Source: Babesia bigemina (Eukaryota). From it: a stretch of DNA of 64,000 nucleotides. Numbering within the stretch: the stretch's first letter is position 1; each line of letters begins with the position of its first letter. The notes under the pieces are model-generated. The model was given only the letters and a program-made list of their open reading frames with translations, was not told the origin of the DNA and did no database searches. Of the stretch, positions 45,009 to 56,263 are shown one piece after another. The DNA lies in assembly GCF_000981445.1 (NCBI RefSeq), contig NC_027217.1:2418001-2482000 (forward strand), in the 5' to 3' direction. Made by a program: the position numbers and the translations under genes.

Positions 45009-46044
45009 TCACTCGACGACATTGAACCACTTCTGCGCCTGCGCCTCGCTCTCGGGCTCTGCCTCGTACGGCGCTTTCGTGACGTAGATGACCGACGCGC
45101 TGCTGCGGCGGGATTGTGGTGCTGAGAGGGTAAACTCACTTTCTGCTGAGCGAGATGTCCGGAGTGCTGGTCTCCCAGCAGTAGATGTTGATGTAGCTCT
45201 TGTAGTTGCGGCCCAACACCTCCTCGGACATCGTGTCTTCGTATAAGTGGTTGGCCATGATGTGTATGTCGTTGTCGACGCGGTCGCCGTCCTTGAAGTT
45301 GGGCGAGCGGTAGAGCAGCGCGTTCGGGACGACCTGCGCCTCCTGCGCCATGTACCTCATGTCCGGCATCGTCTGGTCGAAGTGCCCCTCGAAGGGGTCC
45401 AGCTCGTCCGCTTCAACCACGGCCTCGACGCTCAGCACGTTGACACAGTCCATAACGTTCTTCACGCCGTCCGCCGTCCTCTGGTAGGGCTGGTCGGGCG
45501 CGCACTGCTCGACCCCGTCCACCAGGAAGGTGTACTCCACCATCGCCTTGGGGACGTCTCGCACCAGCATGAAGCTGTTTCCGTTCCTGAACATGCGTAT
45601 TTGCTTGGTCTCGCCGTCCTCCTTGTACACGAGGTACACCTCCCTTCCGCCATGGTTCCAGTTGAACACCGCCGTGACCTTGTCCTTCGCCGGCGGGTCC
45701 GGCTGCACCCAGTTGCCGATATCGCGTATCTCCGAGAAGTACGGTGCGATTTCCTCGGACCAGCGCAGCCCCTCGAACACCGAGTCCGCCTTCAAATTCG
45801 TTGGTGTAGCGCTCGCCACAGGTGCAGGAGGTAGCGCGGCCGCGACGCTACCCAGGCTCTCGACGGCCGTAGATGCGGTTGCGTAAGCCTGTGATGGTAT
45901 CGAATCGGATGGGAGAGCGTAGGCTGCGGGATCATACGGTGCTGCGGCGCCGGCGGAAACATCAGAAACGTCGCTGTCACCGGCATGGCCGTACATGGAA
46001 TCGCCGGACGAAACGAACCCCTGGAATGCGCCATTTGTAGTCAT
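45009..46044 (-). CDS. AMPK/SNF1 beta subunit-like protein (CBM48-like plus ASC domain)
   Basis: VFNWNHGGREVYL...YTFLVDG (CBM48), HIMANHLY and, after an intron near 45104-45139, SVIYV (ASC domain). The 5' end is uncertain. Confidence 0.8.
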
Positions 46045-46475
46045 GGCAGCGGCGTGTGAGCTCCGCTGATGCGCAGAATAGAATCACAGCTGTTTCGCGG
46101 CGCTCAGAACGACGGCTCCAAACATAATCCCGACCTTCGGCGCCAAAGTCGAGCTCAGTATCCTCGCGGCGCACTAACACCTACTTGTACACAACTGAGG
46201 CGCCCAGCCGCGCAACGTTCTCTACTAGACATCCAACCGGCGCTGCCGCTTGAGCAGTACCGCGCCGCTATATATGTTACAACAAAACGGGCGAGCGTTC
46301 TGCTTAAAAACCAGACAACAATCACAATATAAAAATAATGCGCAAATAAGTCGTTATACTTCCTGCCTTTCAGATCGAGGAAGGCTGCGGTTCGGTGAGG
46401 CGCGCGCGAGCATCCCGTCGGAGCGACGTCGCTGGCCGAAGTCGCCAGTTCGACTTTGCTGACGGCGTATTCAAC

Positions 46476-47024
46476 ATGGCGGATACGTCGGGGCAAAAAC
46501 GGACGCTGTTCGTCAGGGAACTCGCCGACGAGGTCAACAAGGAGATCCTGTACGCCGCGTTCCTGCCGTTCGGCAACATCCTCAACATAGACATGCCCGT
46601 GGACAAGGAAAAGGGTAAGCGTGCCACCGCCGTTGCGTCTGCTCGCGCTGTTGAATTTTGGGCGCGTTCCATGGCCGCGGAGGCTTCAGCAGCACCTAAC
46701 GTACCGCGCAGGAACCAACAGGGGAATCGCATTCATCGAGTTCGAGGACGAGGAGGACGCGAAGCACGCCATCTTCAACCACAACGAGTCGGAGCTGTAC
46801 GGGCGTGTGATCAAGGTGGCGTACTCCACGAAGTCGCACGTCAAGCATGCCCGGACAGCCGGCGTGAGACACAGAGCCGGTAAGTGCGCACGCCCATCAT
46901 GCTCTGGTCACATCATCTTGCAGTGTGGCACGACGACCCCACGTTTGGGCATGACCTCAGACCGGACGACGAGGATGCGCCGGCAGCGGAGCAGTCCAAG
47001 CCCGAGCAGCCGCCGCAGCAGTAG
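46476..47024 (+). CDS. RRM protein of the cyclophilin-E (PPIE/Cyp33) RRM type, three exons, no cyclophilin domain
   Basis: RTLFVRELADEV...AAFLPFG, RGIAFIEFEDEEDAKHAIFNHNESELYGRVIKV, followed by AVWHDD. Stop at 47022-47024. Confidence 0.85.
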
Positions 47025-47379
47025 CCGCGTAGTGTCAAAGCAGACATTTTTCAATCCTATCGCAAAATCGCCCTGCATGATAAATATGCGTTATCCGTCG
47101 TGCACATAAAATGCGTGCAACATGGAGGAGCCACGAAAACCCCTGGCCCCGAACTCGTCTGCGACGACCAGATGGCAGGCAACGCAGCGCCGCCATTGCT
47201 AGCAGTTGGGACTACATGTTGCACCAGTTTAAAGTCATATGTTACATATTCTACATTTGTGGCTTTTGGCCCCAGCTGGTTCCGGTTCTGTTGGCCAGCA
47301 AGCGAAACATTGTGGTAGCAGACCAGGTCCGTGCCCTACGAGCCTGGGCAGGTTGGTGGTGCGTGCGTCGGTGGCGGAA

Positions 47380-48682
47380 TCAGTCGCGCGAGAAGTCGAT
47401 CCACGGAAGTAATACAAAGGCGCGCAAGTTTTGATACAGGCCTATCGCAACGTTTTCTCTGTGCAGTCCGCACCTACCCAAATCGAAAGGGTTGTTGCCC
47501 TTGTACGGCTGCGATCGGTACTCGTAGTGGGTCATGTTGCGGCAGACCAAATAGCCGTGGGCCGCGAACACGCAGCCCGCAAGCAGCAGACGAATGCACG
47601 TCACCACGAGTATACATACCCTGCGACGAATCAGCCAGCGACGTACATGTATAGCTTACAGTAGCGGGTGCTCCGAGGCAACGCTCCGGACGGCCGCGCC
47701 CAGAAGCGAGACGTCAGTATCGGCCGATTTCGCCTGAAACGCTTGTACGGATTCGCGCGAAGGTGCACTCACGCTAATACATTGTCCTATGAAGTAGAGC
47801 GAGTATATCTGCAGCCCAAGGTAGTGTTGCCAGAAGAGCAGGAACAGCTTGTAGTTGTTGGCTCCGATGCAGTTGGACATCCTGAACCGAGGTAAGACAG
47901 TGATTCAGGTACGGTTGCTAGCGCGATCATAGGAGTGATTGCAGGCGTGATTCCGGCGCAATCACAGGCGTAATAATCAGCGTTATATGTCCAACACCTG
48001 GCGCTAACGTACCATGGGCAGTGGTGGTCGAAGCGCGAAACGCAACGTCGGCACTCGTAGCAATGCTTAACCCGCGGGCGCTTGTACATGCGGCACGAGA
48101 CTGCAAACCATGATCCAACTGCCAGCACCACCTACCGCACCAGCGCTGAACGAAGCGGGTGTGGTTGAGCTCGACCGTCGTGGCTGGTACTGCAACGCTT
48201 GGCACGGTCCATCGAGCAACTAACATGCTTCTCGCCGGTACAGCTCCAAGTCCGTGTCCTTCGGCACACTGAGAGCGCATCAGCGGTGTTTATGGCGACT
48301 GGAACTCACAACCCGGGGTTGGAGCGATTCACGAGGATCACCACGCCCATGGCGAAGGCGTACATCGAGGCGAATATCAAGTAGTAGCGCGGCGCCTCTC
48401 CCAGGTGTCTGGCACATAATCAGCATGCTACTAACTGTGGGGACATACACTACCCAGCAGATCAGCAGCCACTCCACAACCAGCAAGGAGAGCGTGGCTA
48501 CCAGGTGGCGGGGATTCGGCCCCCAGCGACATCGGCTTGTGTCATCCTCTTCGACAGCATCTAAGACAAGCGTTATTCAGGCTTCCGAGGTCAGTCCGAC
48601 ACGCGTAGGCGGCGCTACGACCATCGGCGGGAGCCTCACCTGGATCGGAAGGAATGGCGCGGTACGCCCTGGCGTCATCCAT
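47380..48682 (-). CDS. DHHC palmitoyltransferase, multi-exon
   Basis: [42 protein letters not shown] (TTxE-like) and NPFDLG/LYQNL (PaCCT-like). Both termini are approximate. Confidence 0.88.
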
Positions 48683-49189
48683 CTCCGGCAGAATCATCGT
48701 GATAGGCAGACTCCAACGCGCCAATACCAATTAAATCCTGCGCTGCTAACGCCCTAGCACCATCAATTCCGACTGGCGAGTAATGTCCGAGACGTAATGC
48801 GGAGTTTGTACGCCGGCGCCGCAGAGCACTGGATTCCACCAAGGAGACACGCGATGCGACTAACCGTGTCACACATCCGCCGGCTTTTGCCGACAATCAA
48901 CACATCAAAATGGGTGGATAGCGACCGGTATTCTTGCGTCGAAATGCGAACGCGTTTGCCGCCGGAACGACGTCGTGAAGTTGTGCACGCCACCAGCATG
49001 ACCCTGACGCCCATGCGCGTTACACCTACACACAATACCGTGCCAAGTACACACTGATATTGCAATTCAACGACTGAGCGCTAGCAGCGTTAATGTGTGA
49101 GGGTGGCCGAGGCAAGATGCCCGTGCGCATTGGCCACGTTATTCGTTAGGTACGTACACCCGGTGGATTCCACAACTCGACGCCGCAAT

Positions 49190-52100
49190 ATGGCAACACC
49201 GCCCAAGAAGGCCCACCTAGCCCTCAATACGACCGACGGTAGCAATGAAGCCGAAGGAATCCGCCAGGCGCAACTTGGTATGGGCCACGCCACCAGCAAT
49301 GAGTCGAAAGCGCCTGTGTTTTCGCGGTCACAGAGGCTGCGGCAGTCGCACACAGCGGCCATCAATGCGGCTACGGGGGATGCGGAGTGGAGATTTAATC
49401 TGGAAGAAATATCGCACGAACTGCCCCGTGGCCAAATCACCAAGGCTTTGTTCGAACTGGAGCAGTACATTCGTGACGGTTTGAGCGAGCGCAAGTCACT
49501 TGGGAGCTACACACACACATCTGAAGTCCTCCCGCGCGTGGGTTCGTATGTCTTGGAGCTCTTCCTCGAGGCAGAGTGGCTGTGTTTGTCCCGCGGCCTG
49601 TCCAGCGCCTGCATCTCCGTTCTGCGCACTCTGGATGCCGCCGCACTCGCCGCACTCATACAGCAATCGCTGGCGAGCCGGGAAGAACCCAGAGCCAGGG
49701 ATGGACTGCACCGTAAGGTCTCCGACTTACATGCCCTGGCCAGCACCGAAGGGCTGCTCAAGCTCATGGGTGACGACGCGCTCCGGCTGTGCGTCAGGCT
49801 GGTGTCAGAGGTGGGATTCGAAACCCACAAAAACCCCGAATCGGCTGGGATAGTGTCCGCGAGCGACGTGGTGAGCTACCACAAGAGCAGGATTTCAGCC
49901 CTGAAGGCCCTCAACCTGCTCGTGCTCAACCGTGGGCCCCAGTCTCCCTGTATATGGCGGGATGAGCCCGAGTTCGTGTATATCACCAACGCGCTGCGCG
50001 AGATATTGCGAGTGCTGGGAAACCCGTCTTCGGACAGAGACGTGCTGTGCCAGTGCGGCGTATCGGCCATCGCCCTGGCCCACGCTGCGTACTATGCGGA
50101 CGACTCGAAACGCTTTGAGGATGTGATTTACGGCTTTTTGGGCGCGCATGACAAGATGGCGAGAAAGTTCCAGGGTGACGAGGGCCAGTGTCTGATGTCT
50201 GACGACGCTGTGCTCGGTGCGTGCGAGTTAGGCGACCCGGAGCAGCTTGTGAACCTGCTCATCTCACTGCCAAGCTTAGGCTGCCTCTCGGTGGTTCGAG
50301 GAATTTTGAGCTTCATCTACAGCGGCGTGAGCAAGAGCGGTGCTCAGAGGGACACCGCAGGCGGTAACGAGGTGGCACAGCATGACAATTCCGCCACCCT
50401 ACACGAACCTGAATCGTGTGCGTACAACGACGAATTCGTCGTGGAATCGCTCTGCCGCTGCCACAAGGTTTTCAAGATTGCCACGGACACCTGCCTCCGT
50501 GTGGATGTCAACTACGCCACCCTACAAGGTGTACAGCTGATGATGTCCTTCATCACCGGGCAGACGTTCCGTTGCGAGAAACTGTTTGCGTGTTTGTCTG
50601 AGCTGCCGGAGCTCATCTTCACGTTCTGGACCCGCAAAGTGAGGCGAGTGTCGAACCTCGCAGTGGCGACCTGGAGCAAGCTCATGGAGCTCAGCTTCGC
50701 CCTCGAGAAGACCGTGGGCGACCCTACCATAACCAAGTACACCCAGACCCTGATAAAGGCCTCGACCGCTTCATTCGGCAGCAACCTGAAGCTGAGGTAC
50801 CTGGCGCTGCAGAACTTGCTGAAGTATGTGGGCCCCGAAGAGATTTTGCGGATGCAACCGTTCCTGATCCCGCACCTGCTGTGCTCCCTCGGCGTCCCGG
50901 CAATCAAGGGGTGCTCGACCGTGTTCCTCACCGAACTGCTGACGAGGATTTTTGAGCTGATCCAGAGCAGCTGCAGGGCGCACGGCGTGGCTGCTGCCGA
51001 TGAGCGCAATGTGGCGTTGGTGGCTCTGCAGTGCCTCACTTACCCGACGGTAATAGCGGTGTTACACTCGAGGCAGCTGGCCATTCCGTCTCCCGCCAAT
51101 GGCAGGCTGGTGCCCACGCAGAACGCCTCTAGCGAGCAACTGGAGAACCGCGCGTGTGCCCTCGCCGACTCTTTCAAAAGCGTGTTCGGCAAAATCAACA
51201 AGGACTACGTCTTCGAGATGCTCAGGCTGTCCACCACCCACACCAAGTGCAACTTCCACAAGTACCTCAGCAGAGCGGACCAGGACGCTCTTGGCGAATG
51301 CGGGGTATACGTCGTGAAAGACCTCGGGGACCTGAACGCCTGCATTTCCGATATACTCGCACGTGTCACTACCGTATCGCACGCTGATGCGGACGAGCGG
51401 ATTGTGCATCTGGCGGCGCCTTTCAACTTCGCCGAAAGCATGTGCCTTTGTAACGCCAGGGCCCTCAACAGCGTGGATTTCGTCGAAAACATAACTCTGG
51501 GCACCAGGCTGCAGGGGCTCATCATCAACGACTCGCCCGGGGTCTTCAAGTTCGACATGGAGACCCTCGAGAGCTTCCCGCAGGTCAAGCTGTTCTACAT
51601 CCCCCTCGAGAAGGTGAAGGAGGGGCTGACGCACATCAAGAGCGACCTGTGCCTGAACGTCGTCAAGGCAGTTGCGTGCTCTCCGAAGAAGAAGGAGCCG
51701 ATAAGCCGTCTGGAGATGGAACTGATGCTGTACGCGCTGCAGCACTGCATGAGGACCTCGCTGCCCTCTTTCAGGCAGCACTTCGTGGCGGCGGTCAAAC
51801 CGTTCATCCAGCGGCTGCTGGCCATTGTCACTGCGTCTCCTGCGCTGCTGGAAGAAACGCTATCTCGCGGCGTGGATCTTGCCCGTCTCGAAAACGATAA
51901 GCTGGTGTTACAGGCGGGCGCCAGTGCCAGCAATGGCGGCGCGGCATCACCGGGTGACGTCAGGGGAACCGTTGCGCTGCACTGCGCCTACATGAAACTC
52001 ATGATGAGGGTGATGGTGGCGACCATCAACCCCTGCGCCAGCGATTTCAAAAACACCACCGCGCTGGAGCTGCTGCACATGACCTTCCACATGCTCGCGG

Positions 52101-55100
52101 AGGCTGGGGCGTCCGTTGTCAACATGACTTCGCTCTTCTGCGTGGACATCATCGCGCCGCTCTACATGGCCCTGTTCTACATGTCGACGCGCCAGCAGGA
52201 GCTGATAATGAAGACCCTGCTGGTGGTGCCGTCGTCGCTGTTGCGGCAGGCGCTCACAGTCTACCACGGAGAGGGCACGCTGCAGTACATGGTTAAGAAG
52301 GCAGCGGCTTCCTTGTGGAGCGTGAAGACCGTGCCCTACATGGCCGGCGCTAAGGCGCTTACGCTGCTGCTCAGGGGACTACAGTTCAGCCAAAGTGTCA
52401 AGACGGCACTTGGCACTGGCGACCTGTACGCCGCAGTCCACGTGGACGAACCAGGGGAGCCCGAAACGGAACACGAGGCCGTTTTGTGCGTTCTCGAATT
52501 CTTCTCGCAGCGTCTGAAACGGGTCTGCGATAGCTTGGACGTCCACATCAACGTGAATGACGCGGAGAGGGCGTCGTGCCCCGCTGGGCTGCTCTCTCTG
52601 CTCTCCCACTACATGAGCTCCACACCGGTGCATGTCTACTCGAAGGTGGTCAACACCACCCGCTTCTCCGACATCGTCGGCGCCTTGTACGAGAACCTGA
52701 AACGAATCGCAAGCCACATCCTCAAATATGTAGGCAGGGAATACGGCCAGGAGGAGGGCAGCAGCAAGGACTACAAAATCGATTGCAGGGGCCACCTCGT
52801 CACCCAGCATCGTACCTATGACTTCACGTGCACCGCCGAATTGGAGAAGAACTATCTGGACTGCACCGTCTGCTCGGGCGACTTCAAATGCACCGAACTG
52901 AGGTTGCCGTCCACGCCGAAGTGCTCGGTCCCCGACGACAGCAACCTCCGGCCGTTCACCGTGCTGTGTTGGAAGAGCGTGTTCGAATTCTGCAATGCGA
53001 TGCGGTCCATGCTGCAGTGGATTCTGCCGCAGACTGTCAACGGCGCGATCGCGCTTGACGTCATAAGGAGCGCCGAGGGCGAGGACCCCGGCACCAACAT
53101 CCCGCTGTTCTACGACAGGATCGACGACATCGGGCGTTACCTGATAGAAGCGCTCATGTCGTGCCGCCACTTCGGTTGCACCGACGCCTTCGGCGACCTC
53201 ATGACGTGGATATGCAAGAAGCTGGTCATCCTCGGGCTGCACCGCCCGCTCAAGGAGTGGCTGACCGTGCTGCTCGATCTGATAAAGGGGTACACCGGCA
53301 GCGACCGGCAGTACGCCGAGCTGTTCGTCATGCTGCGCGACTCTCACAGGAGGTCGGAACCCATCGCACGTTCGTTCACCTCGATCCTCAAGGCCGAGAG
53401 CGACAGGCACAAGCCGATCCTGCTGCCGCTGGTGGTGGACACGCTGCTCCAGCTGACGAGCACCGAACGCCCGCTGTACGGCGACTCTGACAACGATTTC
53501 ACCGCCGTTGACATCCGCATCCACTCCCTCAACATCCTGTGCGCCCTCTTCCGGTGCAAGGAGCTTCGGTGGTCCAACAACATCCACGCGGGCAGCGCGC
53601 TGTGCGCCAGCCTCCGCAACATGGCCCACGGCGATTGGTCGGTGCGCAACTCCGCGTCGCTCCTGTTCTCCTCGGTGCTCCACCACCTCGCGGGGAGCGA
53701 CGTCAACCTCGCATCCACCGACGCCCTGCTCGACCAAAAGCTGTCCCTGTGCAACAACGCCGAGCTCTCCAATCAGCTGAACCGGATCCTGGTTTCAGTC
53801 AAGGAGATGACCGTGTACAGCTCGGAAAGCTATGAGGACCTCAACCCGACGCCAGAGTACTCTGCTCTTTACCAGAGCTCGGCGTTCGTGTTCAACTTCC
53901 TGAGCAGGATCCCCATGTACTCGTTCCCGCCGGACGTGGCGTTCACGCTGTCGGAGAACGTCGCCGCCATGCTGTACTCCACAAACGCGTCAATTCGTGT
54001 CATGGCTGCCAAGATCCTCGCCAAAAACTGCATGGACACCTCCCAGATGAACATACGCACGCTGCTGGTGCAGAGCTGCGTGTGCATTCTGGAGGAAGCT
54101 GGGCGCAGCAACCACGTCAACGGGCGGCTGATGCTCATAACGGAATGCCTCGAGCTCATGATCGCTAACGGGTTACACGACGTCTGGGGCCCGTCGACAA
54201 GCGAAGAAAACACCCTGCACCAGCTCGCGGAGGTAGAAAGGCTAATCTCCACCGGATTCATAAAGAATCTGATCAGCGTTGTGAACGCAAAGACCCCGGC
54301 TGAGGGCCTGCTGATCACCATGTACGCCGTGCTGATAACCGCCAACTGCTTCGAAAACGTGCTCCAGGTCATCATTATCATCGAAAAGATGTGCCTGTTG
54401 CACGGCAAGGCAGCCGATTTCGACGAGATGGCATCGTATGTGCAGCCTTCATCCTCGCTGGAAACCTCACGGATGCTCCACTGCAGCGCCGTGCTGGCGC
54501 TGGCGGCCTCTTACCTCATAGGTGAGGACGTGCACCAGCAGTGCATCGCAACCATACGGACGATGCCACGGCACGTACCAATGCGGAACGTCAAGCTGGA
54601 GTCGTTGTTGAGGGCGTTCCCCGGTGTCACGGTTGACGGCATGACCAAGGTCAGGGCCGCCTCGGCGCTCGTGAACTCCACCTTCCTGCTCAGCAAGGCG
54701 GCGCCGCCGGTAAACGGCAAACTGGAGGCCGATTTCACGTCGTTTGTGCAATTCATTGCGCACCTGTTGCTCGCGCTGCATGGCATGACATCGCATCAAC
54801 GGGCCCTGGAGGCCGCGCTGGGTCGAGTGGCACACCTCTTGGAGCATCCGCAGCTGCTTCGCTGCAAGCCCGAGGGCCTCGCTCGGCTGTGGGAGGTTGG
54901 TATGCACATCTTGTCCACCGAATCGCATTTCTTCATTTGTATTTCGACGCTGCGTCTCTTCAATGCCATAGGGCAACAACACCTCCGTGAGCACACCGCC
55001 GCCAACGGCCTTTTCGACGAGCGGTGGGCTGCGAAGTTCTTGTCCGTCGCGACCGAACGCATGATGTACAACTCCGATTACGTGGTCGAGGCGTGGAAGG

Positions 55101-56263
55101 GCTGCCACCTCTACGCCCTGCTCAGGCAGGGCAGCCAGCCGGTTGACGCGAGGATAGTGCAGCTCGGGGCTGGCATGTTGCTGAAGATGGTCGACCCCGG
55201 CACCGACGTCGCCGTCCGGACCGCAGCCGCGCACTTTTTGGAGGAGCACGGGATCCCCCGATTGCAGCGGGGCCCCGAGGCGCAAGGCGCCACGGGAATG
55301 TATGGCCTGCACGCGATTGTGGCGCTGTTCGTGATGCTACAAGACGAAACTGAAAACGTGCGCGCCATGGCCGTGTCTGCGTGCTCCAAAACGCTAGCCG
55401 CCATGGACGGAAGCCACATGTCCTCCATGAAGGCGCACTTGTGCATGGAGCATCTGCTGCAGTACGCGCTGGACACGGTACCGGTGGCGTGGCTTGTACG
55501 CCTGTTCGAGCAGCTCACGATGCTGAACAAGGACCTGTACAACCAAATCAACTACAAGCTTGAACTGCAGCAGCAGAGCGTCCAGAGGCAGCGCCTGTGC
55601 CTCACCACGTCCGAGATCGACTCCACGGCAGGGGAGGCCGTGTCGGACATCACGACGCTGGCGGAAATGGACACCGTGTTCAACGTGGAGCCGCAGAACA
55701 TGTACACGGAGACCCTGTTGTACATGGTTAACGTGGACCGCCTGCTTTGCAGGCTGGCGAGCGCTTGCGTCGCCGGCAGCAGCCCTCCCACCGCACACGC
55801 CGACAAGCTGGCGACGCTGCACCAATTCCTGGATGACAACAGCAATCGCATTCTGCGCACCTTGACAGGCCACTTACTCGACAACTACGAGGTAAGTCAA
55901 TCCCTCTACTTATCGCATGGCACTCAGATCGACATCAAGCAGGTACCACATGCGGCGGCACTCGCACTGGTTGCCGACCCGCTGGTCGTGTCATGCGGTG
56001 TGGCCGGGTTCGCAAGGTCGTGCCTGTACGTCCTGTGGCCGGCGACGGATGGCGCAAACGGCCATGTTAGCGCGATGTGCGGCGGCCATTGGGAACGTGT
56101 CAACACGTTCAGGCAGGTCCTCGCACTGGCGGGGAAGGTATGGAACGCCCAGGTCACTGAGGTCGGCGGTATGATTGAAAGGATCAGAAGTTCGGGCAAA
56201 TGCGATAAACGCGACACCGTTGCGGTGCTTGAGAAACTCGCGCAGTTCCTCAGCCTATTCTAG
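49190..56263 (+). CDS. THADA: THADA/Trm732 (DUF2428) ARM-repeat protein, tRNA 2'-O-methyltransferase regulator
   Basis: About 2350-aa ORF with CWKSV.E, LMSCRHFG, RRSE, RIHSLNIL.ALFR and WSVRNSASLLFS motifs. Confidence 0.88.
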   Translation: MATPPKKAHLALNTTDGSNEAEGIRQAQLGMGHATSNESKAPVFSRSQRLRQSHTAAINAATGDAEWRFNLEEISHELPRGQITKALFELEQYIRDGLSERKSLGSYTHTSEVLPRVGSYVLELFLEAEWLCLSRGLSSACISVLRTLDAAALAALIQQSLASREEPRARDGLHRKVSDLHALASTEGLLKLMGDDALRLCVRLVSEVGFETHKNPESAGIVSASDVVSYHKSRISALKALNLLVLNRGPQSPCIWRDEPEFVYITNALREILRVLGNPSSDRDVLCQCGVSAIALAHAAYYADDSKRFEDVIYGFLGAHDKMARKFQGDEGQCLMSDDAVLGACELGDPEQLVNLLISLPSLGCLSVVRGILSFIYSGVSKSGAQRDTAGGNEVAQHDNSATLHEPESCAYNDEFVVESLCRCHKVFKIATDTCLRVDVNYATLQGVQLMMSFITGQTFRCEKLFACLSELPELIFTFWTRKVRRVSNLAVATWSKLMELSFALEKTVGDPTITKYTQTLIKASTASFGSNLKLRYLALQNLLKYVGPEEILRMQPFLIPHLLCSLGVPAIKGCSTVFLTELLTRIFELIQSSCRAHGVAAADERNVALVALQCLTYPTVIAVLHSRQLAIPSPANGRLVPTQNASSEQLENRACALADSFKSVFGKINKDYVFEMLRLSTTHTKCNFHKYLSRADQDALGECGVYVVKDLGDLNACISDILARVTTVSHADADERIVHLAAPFNFAESMCLCNARALNSVDFVENITLGTRLQGLIINDSPGVFKFDMETLESFPQVKLFYIPLEKVKEGLTHIKSDLCLNVVKAVACSPKKKEPISRLEMELMLYALQHCMRTSLPSFRQHFVAAVKPFIQRLLAIVTASPALLEETLSRGVDLARLENDKLVLQAGASASNGGAASPGDVRGTVALHCAYMKLMMRVMVATINPCASDFKNTTALELLHMTFHMLAEAGASVVNMTSLFCVDIIAPLYMALFYMSTRQQELIMKTLLVVPSSLLRQALTVYHGEGTLQYMVKKAAASLWSVKTVPYMAGAKALTLLLRGLQFSQSVKTALGTGDLYAAVHVDEPGEPETEHEAVLCVLEFFSQRLKRVCDSLDVHINVNDAERASCPAGLLSLLSHYMSSTPVHVYSKVVNTTRFSDIVGALYENLKRIASHILKYVGREYGQEEGSSKDYKIDCRGHLVTQHRTYDFTCTAELEKNYLDCTVCSGDFKCTELRLPSTPKCSVPDDSNLRPFTVLCWKSVFEFCNAMRSMLQWILPQTVNGAIALDVIRSAEGEDPGTNIPLFYDRIDDIGRYLIEALMSCRHFGCTDAFGDLMTWICKKLVILGLHRPLKEWLTVLLDLIKGYTGSDRQYAELFVMLRDSHRRSEPIARSFTSILKAESDRHKPILLPLVVDTLLQLTSTERPLYGDSDNDFTAVDIRIHSLNILCALFRCKELRWSNNIHAGSALCASLRNMAHGDWSVRNSASLLFSSVLHHLAGSDVNLASTDALLDQKLSLCNNAELSNQLNRILVSVKEMTVYSSESYEDLNPTPEYSALYQSSAFVFNFLSRIPMYSFPPDVAFTLSENVAAMLYSTNASIRVMAAKILAKNCMDTSQMNIRTLLVQSCVCILEEAGRSNHVNGRLMLITECLELMIANGLHDVWGPSTSEENTLHQLAEVERLISTGFIKNLISVVNAKTPAEGLLITMYAVLITANCFENVLQVIIIIEKMCLLHGKAADFDEMASYVQPSSSLETSRMLHCSAVLALAASYLIGEDVHQQCIATIRTMPRHVPMRNVKLESLLRAFPGVTVDGMTKVRAASALVNSTFLLSKAAPPVNGKLEADFTSFVQFIAHLLLALHGMTSHQRALEAALGRVAHLLEHPQLLRCKPEGLARLWEVGMHILSTESHFFICISTLRLFNAIGQQHLREHTAANGLFDERWAAKFLSVATERMMYNSDYVVEAWKGCHLYALLRQGSQPVDARIVQLGAGMLLKMVDPGTDVAVRTAAAHFLEEHGIPRLQRGPEAQGATGMYGLHAIVALFVMLQDETENVRAMAVSACSKTLAAMDGSHMSSMKAHLCMEHLLQYALDTVPVAWLVRLFEQLTMLNKDLYNQINYKLELQQQSVQRQRLCLTTSEIDSTAGEAVSDITTLAEMDTVFNVEPQNMYTETLLYMVNVDRLLCRLASACVAGSSPPTAHADKLATLHQFLDDNSNRILRTLTGHLLDNYEVSQSLYLSHGTQIDIKQVPHAAALALVADPLVVSCGVAGFARSCLYVLWPATDGANGHVSAMCGGHWERVNTFRQVLALAGKVWNAQVTEVGGMIERIRSSGKCDKRDTVAVLEKLAQFLSLF

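Noticed and set aside
52379..53737. 452-aa minus-strand ORF and similar ORFs inside THADA
   Set aside because: Codon-bias shadows of the long + strand CDS.
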